DNA of 64,000 nucleotides from Candidatus Latescibacterota bacterium (GTDB lineage Bacteria; Latescibacterota; UBA2968): assembly GCA_965204375.1 (NCBI GenBank), contig OZ241986.1, positions 288,001 to 352,000 on the forward strand. The letters are read 5' to 3'. Below, piece after piece: positions 39,644-48,725 of the stretch; the stretch's first letter is position 1; every line of letters begins with the position of its first letter. The notes beneath the pieces were generated by a model, which saw only the letters and a list, made by a program, of their open reading frames with translations, made no database searches and was not told the origin of the DNA. The position numbers and the translations under genes are program-made.

Positions 39644-40840
39644 ATGAACAGTGCCCAACAACCCCTTAATGCTCTACCACAAGGCCACCGGCTCCAGGAA
39701 TATGAACTGGTACGCGTACTCGGATTTGGCGGATTCGGCATGACCTATCTCGGCTTTGACCACAATTTGGACAAAGCCGTGGCCATCAAAGAATACCTGC
39801 CATCTGATATTGCCACCCGTACAGGTGATAACAGCATTGTCCCGCAAGCGAGCCAGTTTCAAGATGATTTTGAGTGGGGATTGGATCGTTTTTTAGATGA
39901 GGCACGCGCCTTAGCCCGGTTCGATCATCGCAACATTATTAAAGTGCATCGTTTCTTTGAGGCACATGGTACGGCGTATATCGTGATGGAATATGCTGAG
40001 GGTGAGACCTTGTCTGCGTATCTTGAACGCAAATGGACATTGAAAGAGGCTGAACTCAAAGTTATTTTGTCTCCAATTCTCGATGGCCTGGAGGTAGTGC
40101 ATGGGGCAGATTTCCTGCATCGAGATATAAAGCCGGGCAATATCATCATTCGAGATGAAGACAATTCGCCAGTGTTGTTGGACTTTGGTTCAGCACGTCA
40201 GGCAATCGGTGCAAGGAGCCGTTCGGTTACGTCGATCATCACGCCGGGTTATGCACCGATAGAACAGTATTCGAGTCGAGGAGATCAAGGACCCTGGACA
40301 GACATCTATGCGTTGGGTGGTGTGTGCTATCGTGCATTGACTGGTGAAGTTCCGGATGATGCGACAGATCGGATGCGTGATGATCCCTTGATTCCGGTGT
40401 CTGAACGATGTGCAGACCAAGCGAGTGTAGGGTTTCTATCGGCGATAGATTGGACATTGGCTGTGGATGAGGCAGACCGTCCGCAGAGTATTGCAGCGTG
40501 GCGTGCAAAGTTGGAAGGTGAGTCGACAGAGCACGAGTTTGTGCCAGTATCGCAGCAAGGGCGTTACCAGAGCGAAAAGACCATTGATGATTTGCCAAAT
40601 CACCCGCCCCTAGAGGATGTGCAAGAAATGCTGTTGTCAGTAGGGTTAATTGATGCAGCCAGGCAATTAGGGGTATCCGTTGGAAAACTAGATTTAATAA
40701 GAAAAAGATATGGCCTTCAGTTGCCCAAACTCAACTATAAAGACGAGAGAAGTCAGAAATCTAAGGCTGTGGAGGTTCTTATGCTGATATTATTAGCGAT
40801 AATAGCGATTATAATTGGATTCGCATTGAGGTTTAAGTAA
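39644..40840 (+). CDS. Ser/Thr kinase 4 with Fis-like HTH and C-terminal tail anchor
   Basis: Hanks motifs; same HTH as kinase 2; single terminal TM. Confidence 0.9.
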   Translation: MNSAQQPLNALPQGHRLQEYELVRVLGFGGFGMTYLGFDHNLDKAVAIKEYLPSDIATRTGDNSIVPQASQFQDDFEWGLDRFLDEARALARFDHRNIIKVHRFFEAHGTAYIVMEYAEGETLSAYLERKWTLKEAELKVILSPILDGLEVVHGADFLHRDIKPGNIIIRDEDNSPVLLDFGSARQAIGARSRSVTSIITPGYAPIEQYSSRGDQGPWTDIYALGGVCYRALTGEVPDDATDRMRDDPLIPVSERCADQASVGFLSAIDWTLAVDEADRPQSIAAWRAKLEGESTEHEFVPVSQQGRYQSEKTIDDLPNHPPLEDVQEMLLSVGLIDAARQLGVSVGKLDLIRKRYGLQLPKLNYKDERSQKSKAVEVLMLILLAIIAIIIGFALRFK

Positions 40841-41071
40841 GCGAACTACCCCGGTACTGACCGAGATCAGGTTTGGGGCAGCCACGACGGTTAGAGGCTG
40901 GTAGTTGGATATGATCGCCGCGGTATCATCGGGGTACCTGCCTGATGGGTGGCGTGGAAGAATGCACCTGAAACAGCAGTGTTTTTGCACCATTACGGTG
41001 GGCGGGGGGAGCCGTTTTGGGCAGGAATTGCAAAGTAGGGCAATGCGGTTTGGCTGTGCAGATAAAAAGAT

Positions 41072-41101
41072 GCCGCCACTTACAGAAGCGCGAGTGGCGG
41101 C
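41072..41101 (-). terminator. Probable terminator of the HipA-like pair
   Basis: GCCGCCACT/AGTGGCGGC stem; T-rich tail on the minus strand. Confidence 0.5.
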
Positions 41102-41134
41102 TTGTGAAATTCTGCTGATAAAACAGCGTGATTT

Positions 41135-41542
41135 TTATTTTTGAGAAATTGGGGTCAAAATGTATGGATTTGCGATTGTCATTTTGCCGAAACGCTTGAG
41201 GAGTTGGGCTTCGTTATGTTTATCGAGTTTCTCCTCGCGGATCACACGCTGGACAGCCGGTTGCCCCATGCCGGGAATACGAATAGCGAAGAATGGCCAC
41301 AACACTTCGGATTCGTAGCACTTGTCTATATGAGGAAAGTCAATGAGAAGCCGAACATCCTTCTGACGTCGGAAGTCATCAGTGTACTCGAAATGCCACT
41401 TTCCGTCATAGAGAGATAGATACCCTATGTCCAGGTTGCGGTATTGCAAACAAAAGTTGGCTTCCTCGTGTTTCGGAGTTTGAAGTTGCTCCCGGCCATC
41501 TTGTCGGGATAGCATTTTCTTCAAGGCTGAGATAGAAATCAT
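41135..41542 (-). CDS. HipA N-terminal (HipS-like) domain protein
   Basis: IGYLS...WHFEY...LWPFFAIRIP. Confidence 0.8.
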   Translation of the reverse strand: MISISALKKMLSRQDGREQLQTPKHEEANFCLQYRNLDIGYLSLYDGKWHFEYTDDFRRQKDVRLLIDFPHIDKCYESEVLWPFFAIRIPGMGQPAVQRVIREEKLDKHNEAQLLKRFGKMTIANPYILTPISQK

Positions 41543-41551
41543 AGTGAGTCC

Positions 41552-42583
41552 TTAGGTCAGGGCGTCAGATACCAAATCCAATCGCCATTTCAAGCAGTTC
41601 AGAATCATCTCACGGCGCAAAGGGCTTATGAGTAGGGAGAACTCGTTGTCGAGTGTTTCCTGGACCTGTTGTAAGAGGTTAGGGCGAGAAAAAGAAGCCA
41701 GCACTGAACGGAGGTCGGGATAGGCATGGTGGATTTTCTGAATCAAGGAAAAATGATTGAGGTTGTTTGCGCTATCCCATCCTGTCTTTGGTCGAGAGTT
41801 TTGGACATATCGCTCAAAAAAAGTTTGCAACCTTTTCGGGTCCTGTTTAACAGTTTGAAGGTTGGACTCTGGATAATTCCAGAAAAGTGCCCGTGCGCTG
41901 TCGTAAATCGGAGCAAAGTAAGGCTCGTGGACAGCGTGGGTGTGAACTACGACTCCCCAATTGTAATGGTGTCGATCATTATTACCCACAATGGCGTCAA
42001 AAGCGAGCATCCGAATGTACGCTACCAGAATGGACCTTGCTTGATTGGGAAACTGTGCTTGAATCGCCTCCTTGATGAACTGGAAAGTAAACAGATCCTG
42101 GGTTGCTCCAGCTTGTTCTACCTCCTCTACGAATGCCTTATCTTCCAGGTAACTGGCGAAGATTTCCCCCCCGTGAACGAGGCGTTGCCTGTGCTTGAGA
42201 AAATATCGGCTTAGAAAACGAATCTGACCATGTGCTGATACGAGAGAAGACTCAGCCATTTTCAGGCCGAGTAGCTGACCGATACGTGTAAGCAGGTGCT
42301 CCGTAATAGATTCGTTGGGATACCACTTATGTCCAACCTTAGCAATATATGCAGGCCACTTGCGAGGATTAGTTCGCTTCGCTATTCCGTAAGTATAGGC
42401 ACGTATGAAGTCCTTTGGTGCATCCCCGGCAATGGTTCGGCCCATGACTTTATAATAATACCCCTTGCGAAGAGGAGGCAATACGCCTTGGCGACTGATC
42501 TCAAATCCAGACCAATTGAGCACTTTCTCGCGGGATATCTGCTGCTCCAATAGACCGGAGCGATAGAGGGGACGAATTGGCAC
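41552..42583 (-). CDS. HipA-family (HipA_C/CtkA-like) kinase
   Basis: GDAPK, YIAKVG, FDAIVGNNDRHHYNWG, FAPIYDSA. Confidence 0.85.
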   Translation of the reverse strand: MPIRPLYRSGLLEQQISREKVLNWSGFEISRQGVLPPLRKGYYYKVMGRTIAGDAPKDFIRAYTYGIAKRTNPRKWPAYIAKVGHKWYPNESITEHLLTRIGQLLGLKMAESSLVSAHGQIRFLSRYFLKHRQRLVHGGEIFASYLEDKAFVEEVEQAGATQDLFTFQFIKEAIQAQFPNQARSILVAYIRMLAFDAIVGNNDRHHYNWGVVVHTHAVHEPYFAPIYDSARALFWNYPESNLQTVKQDPKRLQTFFERYVQNSRPKTGWDSANNLNHFSLIQKIHHAYPDLRSVLASFSRPNLLQQVQETLDNEFSLLISPLRREMILNCLKWRLDLVSDALT

Positions 42584-42756
42584 AGTGGTTAGAAGTTACG
42601 CTTCCATGTTTTTTGCGAAAAAAATAACTTCTCAACTTGTTATTTTTGTTTAAAATCAAACATCTTAGAATCTCAGGCCCAAGTCAAGCTATAAATTTCG
42701 ACGAATGGCTCGGATTGAGGATGTAAATATCAAAGAACGGCCACAATCGTCGCTTG

Positions 42757-43104
42757 CTAAAATAAAAATTCGGGATGTCTTTTTTTGAGACGTAATGTGT
42801 GCTCGGCGACATCGAGATCGTAGTGGGTTTGAAGATTAATCCAGAACTCAGACGTCATGCCAAAGTAGTGACCAAGGCGTAGCGCGATATCGATAGTTAT
42901 TCCATGCCTTCCATGCATGATAGCTTTCAGGTCAGTCTCCGAAACCTTAATCGCTTGGGCAAGGCGGTCCACACTGAGATTTATCGGAATAAGAAATTCA
43001 TCGCGCAGGATTTCACCGGGATGTACAGGCGATAGCCGGTGTCCGGAGACCACATCCGAGAAATCGATCTCTCGTTGATCTAATTTTTCACGTTTGATGG
43101 TCAT
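42757..43104 (-). CDS. higA: HigA-family antitoxin (orphan)
   Basis: VHPGEILRDEFL...ALRLGHYFG...FWINLQ; GAGGAGG RBS. Confidence 0.9.
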   Translation of the reverse strand: MTIKREKLDQREIDFSDVVSGHRLSPVHPGEILRDEFLIPINLSVDRLAQAIKVSETDLKAIMHGRHGITIDIALRLGHYFGMTSEFWINLQTHYDLDVAEHTLRLKKRHPEFLF

Positions 43105-43216
43105 GCTTTTACCTCCTCAATGGCAGTCAACGTCAATAATTTAGCTTGTCAATTTGTTTGATGATCGTATTTTTTCAAACATACGGGTATCGCCTTGCTT
43201 TCAAGGAGACACAGCT

Positions 43217-44794
43217 ATGCGTTTTTTTAATACCGCTGGCCCTGTTAAGCCAGAAAGGCACTACTGCATCCCGCCCCTAAAACGCTTGAACTTGAATGAG
43301 GTGCTCGCGCTCGTGCGGGAAGAAAAATACTTCGTCCTGCACGCGCCCCGGCAGACAGGCAAGACCTCTGCCCTGCTGGCACTGCGCGACCTGCTCAACG
43401 CCGAAGGCGACTATCGCTGTGTGTACGTCAACGTCGAAGGCGGGCAGGCCATGCGCGAAGACGTGGAACTGGTGACGCGCACCATTCTGGCGGGATTGGC
43501 GTCCCGGGCGCGCTTGACGCTCGGTGACGAATTTTTGGGCAAGATGTGGCCCGGTCTCCTTGCCGAGGTTGGACCGGGTGTTGCTCTACAGGAGGCATTG
43601 ATCCGCTGGGCACAGGCGGATCCCAAGCCCCTGGTGCTGCTCATTGACGAGATTGATTCCCTGATTGGCGACGCGCTCCTATCTGTGTTGCGTCAATTGC
43701 GAGCGGGCTACGATCTGCGCCCGGAGGGATTTCCGCAAAGTGTGGTGCTATGCGGTGTGCGCGATGTGCGCGACTATCGCATTCATTCCAGTTCGGCCAA
43801 TGCCATCATCGCCGGTGGCAGTGCTTTTAACATCAAAGCGCGGTCATTGCGCCTGGGGGACTTTTCGCGTGACGAGGTGATTGCCCTGCTCGGTCAGCAC
43901 ACCGAAGAGACGGGACAGGTGTTCATTCCCGACGCGCGAGAACTGATCTGGACACAGACTCAAGGACAACCCTGGCTGGTCAACGCACTGGCGTACGAAA
44001 CCTGTTTCTATGGCGAAGCCGCAGAGGATCGGGGTATCTCGATCACTGCCGACGCCATCCGCAATGCACAAGAGCAACTCATCCTGCGCCGAGAGACGCA
44101 CCTCGACCAGTTGACCGACAAGCTCCAGGAGAAGCGCGTGCAGCGCGTGATTGAACCGCTCTTGAGCGGTGGCGACGAGCGCGACTTCTCAACCCGCGAC
44201 CTTGAATACGTCCACGACCTGGGTTTGATCGCCCCAAATGACCCACTCCGCATTGCCAATCCAATCTACGCGGAAATCGTCCCGCGTGAATTAACCTACG
44301 CAGCCCAGGTGGGACTTGATGAGGATACGGCTTGGTACGTCAATGCCGATGGCAGCCTGAATGTGGTCAAACTGATGACCGAGTTCCAGACTTTCTTCCG
44401 CGAGCACTCAGAGCACTGGGTAGCGCGGTTTCAATATCAGGAGGCTGGTCCACAACTACTCTTGCAAGCATTTCTCCAGCGCATCGTGAACAGCGGTGGT
44501 CGCATTGAGCGGGAGTATGGCCTTGGACGTAGGCGCACCGACCTGCTGATCGTGTGGCCGCAGGGTGATCGGACGCGCAAAATTGTAATTGAGTGCAAAA
44601 TTCTCCACAAGAGCCTGGAAAAGACCATCGCCGATGGTCTGGCGCAGACCGCGGAGTACATGGATCGGTGCGATGCAGAGGCGGGTCATCTGGTGATTTT
44701 TGACCGTAGAGAAGGCAGGCGTTGGGCAGACAAAATTTTCCACTGCCGCCGGGCGTCTCAAAGTGATGTCGAGATTGATATCTGGGGCATGTAA
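43217..44794 (+). CDS. AAA/STAND-like ATPase fused to a PD-(D/E)XK nuclease-like domain
   Basis: MRFFNTAGP, APRQTGKT, LLIDEID; REY..GRRRTDL...IECK. Confidence 0.88.
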   Translation: MRFFNTAGPVKPERHYCIPPLKRLNLNEVLALVREEKYFVLHAPRQTGKTSALLALRDLLNAEGDYRCVYVNVEGGQAMREDVELVTRTILAGLASRARLTLGDEFLGKMWPGLLAEVGPGVALQEALIRWAQADPKPLVLLIDEIDSLIGDALLSVLRQLRAGYDLRPEGFPQSVVLCGVRDVRDYRIHSSSANAIIAGGSAFNIKARSLRLGDFSRDEVIALLGQHTEETGQVFIPDARELIWTQTQGQPWLVNALAYETCFYGEAAEDRGISITADAIRNAQEQLILRRETHLDQLTDKLQEKRVQRVIEPLLSGGDERDFSTRDLEYVHDLGLIAPNDPLRIANPIYAEIVPRELTYAAQVGLDEDTAWYVNADGSLNVVKLMTEFQTFFREHSEHWVARFQYQEAGPQLLLQAFLQRIVNSGGRIEREYGLGRRRTDLLIVWPQGDRTRKIVIECKILHKSLEKTIADGLAQTAEYMDRCDAEAGHLVIFDRREGRRWADKIFHCRRASQSDVEIDIWGM

Positions 44795-44833
44795 TGGCTT
44801 CGTAATCATTGATTTATGTAAGAGGAACTCCAA

Positions 44834-45946
44834 GTGAAAATTGATGCCGCAGAGATTCGATATGTCGAGTTGCCGCTGATTTCGCCGTGGCGCACGGCTT
44901 ATGGTGAGGATGCGACGATTCATTCGGTGATGGTTAAACTCTCGAGTGGAGGAACCGCTGCCTGGGGTGAGGCTACGCCGTTTTACGCGCCGACTTATTC
45001 GCCGGAATCGGCTCGATCTGTTTATGAAACGGCGCGGGAATTTTTCTTGCCGCATCTGGTGGGAGAGCAGATAGAGACGGCGGTGGAACTGATGGCGCGG
45101 ATTGCGGTGTTTAAAGGCAATCCCTTTGCCAAAGCGGCTGTGGAGACCGCGTGGTGGGCATTGGATAGCAAGTTGAAGGGCGTACCGCTCTGGCAGTCGC
45201 TGGGTGCGACCGATCCTGTAGTGGCCTGTGGTGCTGATTTTGGTGTGCAGGATACGATTGATGAACTTTTATCGCTGATCCAGGGAGCGGTAGATGTGGG
45301 GTATCCGCGTATCAAATTGAAGGTACGACCCGGATGGGATATTGAGATGCTCAAAGCCGTGCGCTCGGCTTTTCCCGATCCCGTGATTCATGTGGATTGC
45401 AACTCGGGGTATGATTTGAATACGGATTTTGATACGCTCAAGGCATTTGATCAGTTTAATTTAGCGATGATCGAGCAGCCATTGGATCATCTGGATCTGA
45501 TTGAGCACGCGGAGTTGCAAAGCCAAATTGAAACGCCTGTGTGTCTGGATGAGTCGGTTAAACGCCCGCGGGATTTTGAACTCGCTCTGAAAATTGGTGC
45601 TTGTCGCGTGATTAATGTAAAACCCGGTCGCGTGGGAGGCTTATTCAATGCCGTGAAAATTCACGACATGGCGCGCGATGCGGGTATAGATGCGTGGGTG
45701 GGCGGGATGTTAGAGAGCGGTGTTGGTGCCGGGATTTGTGCGGCGTTGGGTACATTGCCTGGATTTAACTATCCGGCAGATGTGTTTCCATCCCGCAAGT
45801 TCTATGTTGAAGATATTACAGGTCGGTGGATTGAGCAGGATGAGAATTGCAATGTGGTACTGGACGAGACGCCCGGCGTTGGGTTTGATCCAGTTTCCGA
45901 AAGGCTGGAGAAGGTGACGGTTATGAAGGCGGTTGTAGAGGCGTAA
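44834..45946 (+). CDS. menC: o-succinylbenzoate synthase / N-acylamino acid racemase (enolase superfamily)
   Basis: RIKLK, VDCN, MIEQP, CLDES, NVKPGRVGG, GGMLESG. Confidence 0.85.
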   Translation: MKIDAAEIRYVELPLISPWRTAYGEDATIHSVMVKLSSGGTAAWGEATPFYAPTYSPESARSVYETAREFFLPHLVGEQIETAVELMARIAVFKGNPFAKAAVETAWWALDSKLKGVPLWQSLGATDPVVACGADFGVQDTIDELLSLIQGAVDVGYPRIKLKVRPGWDIEMLKAVRSAFPDPVIHVDCNSGYDLNTDFDTLKAFDQFNLAMIEQPLDHLDLIEHAELQSQIETPVCLDESVKRPRDFELALKIGACRVINVKPGRVGGLFNAVKIHDMARDAGIDAWVGGMLESGVGAGICAALGTLPGFNYPADVFPSRKFYVEDITGRWIEQDENCNVVLDETPGVGFDPVSERLEKVTVMKAVVEA

Positions 45947-46178
45947 AAGCAATTTTTCCCTCTCTAACTTCAGCAATTGACTGACGCAAATGATCTGCAT
46001 TGGCAGGGTTTGAAAGCAGGTACAGTGTTTCCTGCCAGGAATTAAATTCTTCCAGAGATAGGAGGACGGCTTTCTGACTTCCCTCTCCACAAATAATCAT
46101 TGGTTCAGCATCGGCTGTAACGCGCTCAATAACGCGACTCAGGTTATTTTTTGCTTCATTTACAGTGATGGCATTCAT
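45921..46178 (-). CDS. yefM: Phd/YefM antitoxin (orphan; C-terminus runs into menC)
   Basis: AVLLSLEEFNSWQETLYLLSNPANA. Confidence 0.85.
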   Translation of the reverse strand: MNAITVNEAKNNLSRVIERVTADAEPMIICGEGSQKAVLLSLEEFNSWQETLYLLSNPANADHLRQSIAEVREGKIAFTPLQPPS

Positions 46179-46276
46179 CGATAACCGCCTCAGTCTGAAG
46201 AGTTTGTTTGCGTAAAATATAATGTAATTGCCACACTTGGTCAATCCGGTGAGATTAGTTTTTTGGTTTACTTCAT

Positions 46277-47164
46277 TTAATCAGGCACAAATTTGCTCTC
46301 CATCGGTTCTACAGTGACAGATACGGTGAGCGCGTGTTGACCACCGCCTATGACTACGCCTTTGAGGGGGGTGACATCGGCGAAGTCGCGGCCCCAGGCT
46401 ACGGTGATGTGCCGGTCAGGGGGGATGAGGTTGTTGGTTGGGTCAAAGTCGATCCAGCCTTGATTGGGCAGGTACACAGAGAACCATGCGTGGGAAGCAT
46501 CTGCGCCAATCAGGTGTTCTTTGCCGGGGGTGGGCAGGGTCTCGAGGTAGCCGCTGATATAGCGTGCGGCCAGACCCATTGCGCGGAGGCAACCGATAGC
46601 CAGATGGGCAAAGTCCTGACACACGCCTTTGCGGTGTTTGAACACATCGGATAACGGCGTGCTTATGGTGGTGAATCCAGGTACGTATTCAAAGTCGTTG
46701 TAGATGCGTTGGGTGAGGTCGCCAACCGCTTCTATAAAGGGACGGTCTTTAGAAAATGACGGTTCCGCATATTTTGTCAATTCGGGTTCGGTAGAGACTT
46801 TGGGAGAATCGAGTACAAATTGGCGCACTGAAAGAAGGGCGGGATCGGTTGTGGTTTTGAGGATGTGATACACGGTTTCCCAGGGCATATCGCTCGTCAA
46901 TTGGTTTTGCGATACGATATGCACATCGCTTTCGGCTGTGACTGAAAGGATATTATGGGGTTGTTCGATGGAAAAATAGGCGGCGCGATTGCCAAAAAAA
47001 TCTTTTCGCTCGCGAAAAGATGCTGGCTGTGGATTGATGGTGATGTGGCTATTCAAGCATGTCTGATTGAAAAAACTGCGCGGGCTCAATCGGGCTTGAT
47101 TGTGAGACAGGCTCACAGCCTCTGTATATTCGTAGTGGCTCTGATGTGTGATGCGGTAATTCAT
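46277..47164 (-). CDS. Transglutaminase-family protein
   Basis: GVCQDFAH, ARYISGY, ASHAW, DFDPTN, GRDFADV. Confidence 0.93.
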   Translation of the reverse strand: MNYRITHQSHYEYTEAVSLSHNQARLSPRSFFNQTCLNSHITINPQPASFRERKDFFGNRAAYFSIEQPHNILSVTAESDVHIVSQNQLTSDMPWETVYHILKTTTDPALLSVRQFVLDSPKVSTEPELTKYAEPSFSKDRPFIEAVGDLTQRIYNDFEYVPGFTTISTPLSDVFKHRKGVCQDFAHLAIGCLRAMGLAARYISGYLETLPTPGKEHLIGADASHAWFSVYLPNQGWIDFDPTNNLIPPDRHITVAWGRDFADVTPLKGVVIGGGQHALTVSVTVEPMESKFVPD

Positions 47165-48702
47165 GCGCCAAAGTTCCGGTGTGTGGGTGCCAGTTGTCTT
47201 GTATTGCGCGTGTGGTGATCGTCAATCACCCAGGTGTCCTTGCTGTGTACAAACGTATGCGTAGGGCCGACAAACTCGGACGATCTGCACGTGAGGCCTC
47301 CGGGCATTACCGCGTATGTATTCTGGTGGGAGACGGCAAAAGCGGTGAGGGTGGTGTAGCGAGATTCGAGGTGGCCGTTGATCAGGGTAGGCGCTGTTGC
47401 AAAGCTGATGTGTTCCTGGCCTGCGTAATGGGTGGGATTTGCCCTGATGCGATTGCGCCAGACTTCGCGCTCGGCGCGGCTGAGCAAGGCGCCGAAAACG
47501 CGGGGGATAACGGATTGCTGATCAATTGGACAGAGAACCAGACTGTCGAGATGATCGAGCACATAGTTCATTTCCCGCGCTTGTCCGCACCACCAGGTGG
47601 CTACCGAGGGCAGTATGAGATCTTCGCCCAGCAAGTGTCGTGCAATGCCGGGCAAAAAAGGCATCAAGCCCAGATTTTCGAGCATGCTACTGCCCAGGGG
47701 ATTGGCAATGGCTACATGCCCATTTCGCACGGCATTGAGCAGACCGGCAACGCCGAGTTGCGATTCTTCGTTGAGTTCCAATGGGTCGCAAAAATCGTCA
47801 TTGATGCGGCGCAAAATGATATCGACGGGATGCAGACCATCGATGGATTTGAGCCACACACGCCCATCGCGCACGGTGAGGTCATCGCCTTGCACAAGGG
47901 TATAACCCAGATAGGCCGAGAGATATGCATGTTCAAAATAGGTGGCGTTAAAAGGTCCCGGGGTCAGCACGACGATCCGGGGGATTTCTTTATCGTGAGG
48001 AGCAATTTCGGACAGGCCGGCCTGAAGGGTGCGAAAAAAATCGGTCAGACGTCGTACATTGCAGTCGTTAAACAAGGCGGGCATGATGCGCGACATCGCG
48101 GTTCTGTTTTCGAGCGCGTATCCCAGGCCCGAAGGTGCCTGTGTGTGGTCGTACAAAACCCACATCTGTCCATCGGGTCCTCGTGCGAGATTGGCGGCAT
48201 AGACGCGCAATTGATGTTTGGCAGGCAGAGAGACATCTTTACAGGGCCTCAAAAAACCGGCGTGATTATAGATGAGTTCAAAAGGCAACAGGCCCTCTCG
48301 GATGAGTGTTTGGGGACCGTAGATGTCTTTGAGCACGAGGTTGAGCAATTCGGCGCGTTGAGACACCCCTCGCGCAATATGGGTCCAGTCATTGGCCTGA
48401 AGCAGCAGAGGTATGGGGTCGAGTTCCCTGGGGGGGTGCAAGCCATCGGGGTCGCTGTGTACATTGTACGTAACGCCGTTTTCGCGGAGCAATAATCGCG
48501 CTTCCTGGTGGCGGCGCGCCAGTTCTTTGCTGCCCATGCGTTCTATTGCGCGAAAAAAGGGATGCCAATGGGCGCGCACCCCGTCTTTTTGGTCCCACAT
48601 TTCGTCGTAAGAACCGGGGTCAAGGGCGTACCCTTCGGGCATAATACCCGTTCCGTGATGATGTAACACGGAATCGGCAATTTCAGGTGGGGTTTTGGAC
48701 AA
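47161..48702 (-). CDS. Circularly permuted type 2 ATP-grasp protein (divergent, no alpha-E tail)
   Basis: YDEM, GVTYNV, QAPSGLGYALENR, YFEHAYL, MPGGL, SKDTWV. Confidence 0.88.
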   Translation of the reverse strand: MSKTPPEIADSVLHHHGTGIMPEGYALDPGSYDEMWDQKDGVRAHWHPFFRAIERMGSKELARRHQEARLLLRENGVTYNVHSDPDGLHPPRELDPIPLLLQANDWTHIARGVSQRAELLNLVLKDIYGPQTLIREGLLPFELIYNHAGFLRPCKDVSLPAKHQLRVYAANLARGPDGQMWVLYDHTQAPSGLGYALENRTAMSRIMPALFNDCNVRRLTDFFRTLQAGLSEIAPHDKEIPRIVVLTPGPFNATYFEHAYLSAYLGYTLVQGDDLTVRDGRVWLKSIDGLHPVDIILRRINDDFCDPLELNEESQLGVAGLLNAVRNGHVAIANPLGSSMLENLGLMPFLPGIARHLLGEDLILPSVATWWCGQAREMNYVLDHLDSLVLCPIDQQSVIPRVFGALLSRAEREVWRNRIRANPTHYAGQEHISFATAPTLINGHLESRYTTLTAFAVSHQNTYAVMPGGLTCRSSEFVGPTHTFVHSKDTWVIDDHHTRNTRQLAPTHRNFGA

Positions 48703-48725
48703 GACAGAATCCTACGGTAAAAACG

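Noticed and set aside
34711-39647. Integron attC sites at kinase junctions
   Set aside because: No RYYYAAC/GTTRRRY core pair, no long imperfect palindrome, no integrase
39449-39650. Complete DGR cassette
   Set aside because: No RT, Avd, AAC-rich template repeat or clear downstream hairpin seen in the window; kept only as a candidate remote target
27394-40840. T6SS regulatory module, Zorya or TerY-P assignment
   Set aside because: No Tss structural genes, no OmpA-type ZorB or ZorC/D/E, no Ter genes; the vWA is membrane-anchored, unlike TerY
40841-41070. Possible gene remnant or ncRNA after kinase 4
   Set aside because: No recognisable motif, RBS or convincing structure
47179-48495. 438-aa plus-strand ORF and other long antisense ORFs (e.g. 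24162-24986, 62813-63628)
   Set aside because: Shadows of well-supported opposite-strand genes, with no motifs
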